A stretch of 62,094 bases of DNA, filler included. It is 10 parts of 10 records of this genome, joined end to end, with 100 filler letters (N's around TTAATTAATTAA, not from the genome) between each part and the next. Parts side by side here need not be neighbours in the genome. Positions count along the whole stretch, not along the records: positions 49,904 to 56,067 come from SRR7504441_4953; positions 56,168 to 62,094 come from SRR7504441_4954; 8 more parts are not named here. One strand, written 5' to 3'. This document shows positions 55,829 through 62,094 of this stretch, one piece after another. A program made the position numbers and the translations under genes. Below the pieces are notes generated by a model. It saw only the letters and a program-made list of their open reading frames with translations. It was not told where the DNA came from and made no database searches. Within the stretch, counting starts at the first letter, position 1, and each line of letters opens with the position of its first letter.

Positions 55829-56167
55829 TCAGCCGGAGCTGACTGATCAGCCGGAGTGGTGCGTTCCCTAAGAACCCCCTCCAGCACCCACTGTATGTAC
55901 CACTGTAATAAACCTGATGAGATCTATCTATGATTTTACTAAACGAATGAGCGTGAGTAACTAATTAATTTAATCAATTAACGACCGAAGAAGCTTCTCA
56001 TCTTATCTACGAGCCTGTCACTCCTCTCCACGCTCGCCTGCGAGGCCGCAATCTGCCCGCGCCGTCANNNNNNNNNNNNNNNNNNNNNNNNNNNNNNNNN
56101 NNNNNNNNNNNTTAATTAATTAANNNNNNNNNNNNNNNNNNNNNNNNNNNNNNNNNNNNNNNNNNNN

Positions 56168-56877
56168 GTTGTCGGTGAAGGCGAACCACTCCAGCCCGCC
56201 ATCTGGCGACTTGCCAATCACAGCGAGGCAGACCACCAGCATCGCCACCACGTACCCAATCGAGGCAATCGCCGTGATCGAGAAGAAGCGCAGGTGGTTG
56301 ATCCGCGGCCAGAGCGAGAGCGGGAGCACTACCGCCGCCACTGTGACTACGGTGGGCAGCGTGCGCTTTGACTCGTCCAGACCTAACCCCGGTGGGCGGC
56401 CGGCCGGTGGGAGGGCACACCGAGTATCTGGCATTCGAGCTTGCCGATGAAGATGAAGTAGCTCATCAGCGTACCGATCCCGCCCAGCACAAACGTGCCC
56501 TGGGCGTACACGCTCCCGGCCGGGCCGCAGGTTTTATATCCGAGAGCTTCGAACGACCGCGCCCCACCCACCGCGTCTGCCGTGACCGCGAGCAGCCAGA
56601 CCGCGTACAGGCCCAGCCCGAGCGTCACGGCGGTCACCAGGCTCACTGGGACAACCCCGCCGGCCGCGTATATGTACGGCAGGGTCAGAGTGCCCGCCCC
56701 GACCGCCGTGTGGGTCAGCGAGGCCACCGCCGCGTAGAAGGGCATGTCCTCGGCCGCAGAATCGCCCGGCAGCAGCGGCTTATCGTCCAGCCCGCCCGGC
56801 CCTGGGTCGGCCAGCTGCCGGAGCTCCTCTGACCCGGAGCTGGCAACAGAGGAGTACTCCTCTGCGCGATTCTCCAT
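56168..56877 (-). CDS. Amino-acid transporter (AAAP/SLC38-like), 5' part
   Basis: SLTHTAVGAGTLTLPY, SFEALG and LMSYFIFIG motifs. Confidence 0.82.
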
Positions 56878-56923
56878 CTTGCCGTTGCTTTGGCCGTTGT
56901 GGCTCCGGCAGCAGCAGCCAGAG

Positions 56924-58292
56924 ATGTTCTTACGGCGCTGCGCTCGCAAGGTGGGCGCCGCGACGGTCTCTCTGTCGCTGGGCTGGGCGCCGAGCCGGTC
57001 GGCGTGCGACGGGCCCCGTATCAGCACCGCCTTCCTGAGCGAGATCCCCAAGACCGACCTGCACGTGCACCTGGACGGCTCGCTCCGGCTGCCCACCTTG
57101 ATAGAGCTCTCGGCCGACCAGGGCGCCCCGCTCCCGGCCGACACCCCGGAGGGGCTCAAAAGGCTGGTGTACAAGTCCCAGTACGCCGATCTGGTTGAGT
57201 ACCTGGCCGGGTTCCGTTACGCGCTCGCGGTGATGGGCCGGCCGGAGGCGCTGGAGCGAGTAGCCTTCGAGTTTGCGGTGCGTGGCAGGCCGGGCCGACC
57301 GACCGGGGGCAGGCGGACAACTACGCCGAGGGCGTTCGTTACTTTGAGGTGCGGTTCGCGCCGCAGTTGCACTGCCACCCTGGAATGGACATCGGGGCGT
57401 GCGTGCGGGCAGTCAACCGGGGGCTGGACAGGGCCAAGCGCGAGTTCAACCAGGGCAACCCGCCGGCCACCCCGGGGTACGACTACGGGATCATCGTCTG
57501 CGCGATGCGCACGCTGGAGCCCGAGTGGAGCCCTTACTATGAGCAGCTCTGCCAGGTGCATGCAGGACAGCCGCGCGCAGTGGTGGCCGGGCTGGCTGGC
57601 GAGGCGCTGGTGGCTGCCGTGGTGGAGGCGCGGGCAGCCGAGCCGCTGCCAGTGGTCGGCTTCGACATCGCCGGGCCGGAGGCGGGGTTCCCGGCTGTCA
57701 CGTTCAGCGAAGCCTACAAGGCCGCACACAAGCATGGGCTGGCGACCACTGCGCATGCGGGCGAGGCCTGGGGCCCGGGGTCGGTCAGCCAGGCGGTCAC
57801 CAAGCTGCACGTGGAGCGAGTGGGACACGGGTTCCATCTGTTCTCCGAGGGGCTGGCCCCGGAGAACAAGCCTGCTGAGCAGTATGTGGAGGGGCTTGTG
57901 AGAGTGGTAGGGCGGCGCGGCGTGGTGATGGAAGTATGCCCGACTTCCAACCTGCAGACCATGCCAGAGCTGGCCGAGGCCGGCCTGGCCGCACACCCGG
58001 CTGGGCGGATGATCCGGGAGCAGATTCCAGTGACAATCAACACCGACAACCGGCTGGTGTGCGCCCGTGAGAGCCTCTTGCTGAGTCCGGGCAGGTCTCC
58101 GATACCGACACGGTGCGAGAGCTGCGCAAGGCAGTGGACGCGTTCGAGCTGTCGCCAGCCGAGCTGCGGCGGGTGGTGCTGTGCGGGTTTGAGCGTAGCT
58201 TCTTCCCGGGGTCACACAAGCAGAAGATAGAGTATGTTGCGAGTATTAGCCGCTATTACGATCAAGTGGCGGCCAAGCATGGGCTAGCTTAA
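56924..58292 (+). CDS. Adenosine deaminase with possible mitochondrial presequence; introns 57278-57312 and ~58057-58094
   Basis: [42 protein letters not shown] and INTDN motifs. Confidence 0.92.
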
Positions 58293-58373
58293 GTTAGGAT
58301 CGCAGTAGATAAAATTGATGTAATAGATCTATGCACAAAGCCGATTCGCTACTCTATCGTAATCTATCGCTAC

Positions 58374-59864
58374 TCAGTCGCTCACACACTCCGGCAGCCT
58401 TTTGAACTTGTCCATGCACTGCTCAGTACGCGCAAAAATGTGAGCTTGCGCTTGGTGCTCGTTGGACTCATCAAGAAGCCTGTTCGCCCCGTTGGATTCA
58501 GCAAGCGGCGCGGCGTCCTTCACAAGCCAGAACGAGTCGACGACCGTCCCGTTGATGTCCTCTACTTGCTCCCACTGGAGGTGGGTCCGGTTTGCCACTC
58601 TCAACCGCCCGTAGCCCCACTCAGAATTCCGGACCGCAGACCATGGCCCTCGAGGCCCGTTGTCGTACCGACCCTGGTTCTCGCGACATCCCGCAGCCCC
58701 GGAGATCACATGAACAGGCGCTCCTGGGTTGCGGTACGGCTGGCCTGGGTGCGAGCTGCCGTTGAAGACACGGCCATCGAACGTAGGCCAAAGCCGCTCG
58801 TACGAGTGCTCGTGCGCCCAGAACGCCAGGTCGACCCGGTGCTGGTTGAGCAGCTTCTCGAGCTGGAAAAATCGGGCGCCAAACGCTGGAATGCCTGTAC
58901 GGAGCACTGAATCGTCCTTGGTGCAATCGTCTCGGTCGTCGCTGTTGGAGCAGTACATCGGCCTGTGCGACATGGTCACTACGAAAGGTGTGCGGGTCCT
59001 ATCCACAGCAGCAAGGTCTCGCTTGAGCCACTCGAACTGCCGCTCTGTCTCCCAGAGCTGCCAGAACCACGCTTCGCTCGAAAACGAGATAAAATGCACC
59101 GGGCCCATCTCCCAAGAGAAAAAGTTGTTGCTGCTGTGTGCCTTATTCGGCATGTTGAAACGCTTGACATAGTGGTGCAGGCAGCCAAATTGGTTTGTCC
59201 CGCCCTCGTGATTCCCCGGGGTGACCATGTACGGCACCTCGGCCGCGATCGGCTCGATCTGCCTCATGAAGCTGTCGGCAACCCGTCCTCCCTGCTCCCA
59301 CAAATCGTATGCAAAGTCTCCAACGTGCAGCACAGCGTCAATCGAGCCCCGCTTGACCTCCTCGGTCAGCAGGCCCACAGAAGGGGCGGTCTGTCCGGAT
59401 GGTTCGGTCAGTGGCGCCCCCATGTCCCCATACACGGCGAGAGTAAACCCGGCCCAATCGGCGCTGGTGTTCTTGGCCCTAAATCTGTGCTGCGCGGCGC
59501 TGCCCTCGACCTGGTACTGGTAGACGGCCCCGGGGGTTAGCTGTGTCAGCACAGCCACATGCAGGTACTGGGCAACGCAGCCCGGGCAGATCAGCGACTG
59601 CGGGCATTTGAGCGGAGTCTTGATCGAGCACTGTTTGGCGATCGTGGCGTTCATCGGCTCGACGAACCGCTCCTGCGAGCCCACGGCGGTCTGGTCCAGC
59701 TTGCCGCTCCGACCGTACCGCACTAGCGAGCTGGCCGCCTTCTCTGCTGTGACCCAGCCGACGACCATCGAGTCTGGGGAATCACCATAGGAGAGATGCA
59801 CTTGTTCACCGCCCATGCCGCCGGCCAGGGCGACCAGTGCGAGAGCCACCGCGCGCCGGTGCAT
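58374..59864 (-). CDS. Secreted purple acid phosphatase (ACP7/PAPL-like)
   Basis: EQVHLS, GDMG, GDFAY, GNHE, HRPMY and AHEHSYER motifs. Confidence 0.93.
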   Translation of the reverse strand: MHRRAVALALVALAGGMGGEQVHLSYGDSPDSMVVGWVTAEKAASSLVRYGRSGKLDQTAVGSQERFVEPMNATIAKQCSIKTPLKCPQSLICPGCVAQYLHVAVLTQLTPGAVYQYQVEGSAAQHRFRAKNTSADWAGFTLAVYGDMGAPLTEPSGQTAPSVGLLTEEVKRGSIDAVLHVGDFAYDLWEQGGRVADSFMRQIEPIAAEVPYMVTPGNHEGGTNQFGCLHHYVKRFNMPNKAHSSNNFFSWEMGPVHFISFSSEAWFWQLWETERQFEWLKRDLAAVDRTRTPFVVTMSHRPMYCSNSDDRDDCTKDDSVLRTGIPAFGARFFQLEKLLNQHRVDLAFWAHEHSYERLWPTFDGRVFNGSSHPGQPYRNPGAPVHVISGAAGCRENQGRYDNGPRGPWSAVRNSEWGYGRLRVANRTHLQWEQVEDINGTVVDSFWLVKDAAPLAESNGANRLLDESNEHQAQAHIFARTEQCMDKFKRLPECVSD

Positions 59865-59968
59865 TTGTTCCCTCGAGGTGCTGCTGGTAAAAGCTGGTGG
59901 ATGGCAAGGCCCGCTGCGCTTCCGAAGAGGCTTTGAGTCCGTCGTCTTGCCGTTAAAAAAGCGCTGAG

Positions 59969-60985
59969 ATGGCTCAGCAGCTCAGCGGTCTCCCGGGCGC
60001 CCAGCCCCCGCTCGGTTGGGCGCCGCCGGCCTCCTGGACTATGGTTCCCGCACCCGATGCGGTCCCAGAGTCGGCCCTGGTCCCAGCCCCGGCCGCTAAC
60101 CAGCTGGCGGTCCCCGATCGGAGCCCGCCTGCCGCCGCCCCCGAGCCGCCTCGTGAGATCAAACCGTTCAGGGACGCGCACCCCTGGAACCCTCGAGAGG
60201 CTAACCCGCCGGTGCCGGCCGTGGCCCCGGGCCCGCTGACGCCGGCCACAGAGCTGGTTCGGGTACAGGGAGCATCGGGAGCGGGAGCACGGCTGGAATG
60301 ACTCGCGCTGGCACAAGCCGTCGCTTACTGTGCTGGATGTGCGCAGCGCAGGCACGGCCGGCCGGTGACGGGTGCCTGGGTGCAGGTCGTCCGGCCGACG
60401 GACAGTCCGGTGCTCGCGATGCGCCGGGTGGAGGGCGCCTACCTTGACCACCTCCAGACGTGCATACACCGTCTGACAGCGGACGCCTCGGCCGACCCAG
60501 CTCTGTCAAACCTGGAGCCGATCCTCCACCGTGATCTGGTCGAGCCTCGCTGGGTGCAGTTCCTTGGTCTCCCTCTAGCAGACAAGATCAGCCACTGCCG
60601 CTGGATCGAGCCCAAGGCCGAGCAGCTGAGGCTGCTGTCCGACAGGGTCCGTTTCGACCGCTGGCGCGAGTTCGGAATAGAGACTCGCCCGCTCGAGCAG
60701 AGCCGGATTTTCCGGCTGGCCGGGCAGGCACTGCTGCAGGACGTGGAGGCGATGAGGCGGGTTGCGATGGAGGAGGAGCTAAGCCAGTCCGGTCCAGGCG
60801 CACACGAGCGCTGGGCCAAGCAAGAGAGCGAGAGAGTCCAGCCGAGCCTCTCGCCGCTGCTGATGAAGCACATATACATGGGGACGTATCTGCCTGGCCG
60901 ACGGCCGTGTATTCAGAACGCCAGGTCTCAGTCGATCCAGAAAGAATCAGTAGGCCGGTTTCATGTGAATACTGCTTTCTCATGA
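59969..60985 (+). CDS. Hypothetical protein, Pro-rich N-terminus, multi-intron (3' end uncertain)
   Basis: Frames join through ~40-nt GT-AG introns; divergent partner of the phosphatase gene. Confidence 0.5.
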
Positions 60986-61345
60986 GCCGGCTTGAGATCC
61001 TGATGGCGAGGCGTCCGCAAAGCACACAAGCACGGCAGTGGCATAGATGTGTCAAAGTAAGTCCTAGAACTAGAATGTATACTTGTAATTCGGGCCAATA
61101 AACAAATAATAATTTAATTGACTTAAAATTGATCATATCATAAAGAACAACGGAACAATCCATGGATCTGTTCACTTTGATGTGCTTTTATATAATGTAC
61201 ACGCTCTGCATAGTTCCCATCCATCTGAATACATGCAGCATGCCGGAATCGTGATTGGCAATCTTGAAGGCATGCATCAAGGAGGGTACGGGCACCACTT
61301 GATAGAGCAATCAGAACTTACCGTAAGATGTACGAGTAAGCTCAA

Positions 61346-61749
61346 CTAATACTTGGGTTGATGCGCTCGGTACATGTCTTGGCCATAGAGCGGTGGCTGA
61401 GGGAAGACGGCTTGCACAAACTCTGCCACGTCTATCGAGCCGCCGCCGTCCTGGTCATACTTGTTGAGCTCGCGTCCTGAGCCTCGGCGCTTCGGGGTGA
61501 AGGCGGTGACTTGATGCCCAACTCAGCATTGTGCCGATACCGTGGGCCTGGCACACCATTAATCTGGGGCGAGCCGCAGGGCCGGTACCCATCGTCACGC
61601 CTCGCGAGCTTGCGGAGAACGATGTATGCCAGGGGGTGTCCGAGCCTGCCGGCCGCTTGGGACGAGAGCGCTCAGGCGCACGCAGGCGCACCGTCTGTGG
61701 CCGCCTGAACGTACTGGCCGTCCCCAGTTTTGCGGTACATGGTGCCCAT
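61346..61749 (-). CDS. Small EF-hand protein, three introns (one GC-AG, 61477-61517)
   Basis: The last exon encodes KYDQDGGGSIDVAEFV, a canonical EF loop, and ends ...HQPKY*. Confidence 0.55.
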
Positions 61750-62094
61750 CCGCAGCCCGTGACCTCGATGACCGTTTTTGGTCGGCGGGCAACGTCTGTC
61801 GATCTTCACCGCAAGCTGACCAGTACATTACATGTACTTAAAATGTCTCACTTCAAGCCCACCCCCAGGGCTTTAGAGTTGGATCCATTTTGATGCGTGT
61901 TTTACATGATTTTAAGATCAACTTTAATCAAATTGATGACGACGGACCAAGCACGCTAATATCACGCTTCCAAGTAGTGACTGGTAGTCTACGCATGATC
62001 CTACTTCCACGCTACCAGGTACTCAGGTACTCCGGATCCGCTCCTGCCTCTGAAAGCGCCTTCACTACCTCGGTCTGACCGGCATCGAATGCCA

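Noticed and set aside
56924-58292. Adenosine deaminase as the enzyme for the putative editing duplex
   Set aside because: It is a TIM-barrel metabolic ADA, unrelated to ADAR/ADAT deaminases, and lies on a different contig.
1-62094. CRISPR arrays, tRNA/rRNA genes, transposases, viral genes
   Set aside because: None recognised by eye: no regularly spaced repeats and no diagnostic motifs.

Overview
Gene-dense, GC-rich eukaryotic nuclear DNA, probably from a flagellated protist (axonemal dynein and STPG-repeat genes are present; the lineage cannot be fixed from this window). It is ten contigs joined by artificial 100-nt N-linkers carrying TTAATTAATTAA. About 43 protein-coding genes or fragments are visible, mostly in head-to-head pairs with ATGs about 45-175 bp apart. 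Most of these 5' regions carry a YAACGG(A/C) Myb/MSA-like motif. Introns are mostly 35-45 nt, end in G-rich (G)GCAG without a polypyrimidine tract, and at least six appear to use GC donors. Two oversized introns carry structure. One (37351-37537) holds an antisense copy of its upstream exon, giving a ~44-bp exon-intron duplex with a 24-bp perfect core and an A·C mismatch on a Met codon, which resembles an RNA-editing complementary sequence. The other (28453-28623) holds a complete C/D-box snoRNA layout. Other notable items are a G1PDH-like and a TRAP-SBP-like gene of prokaryotic type, a divergent heme-thiolate peroxidase-like gene, and several unusual domain fusions (Cyp-WW-FKBP, ADF-Ig-HIT, SH3-SDS22, B-box-MCM10, TPS-TPP-TPP). 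Three intra-contig rearrangement junctions may be amplification or assembly chimeras. All gene models were spliced by eye and no database search was run.
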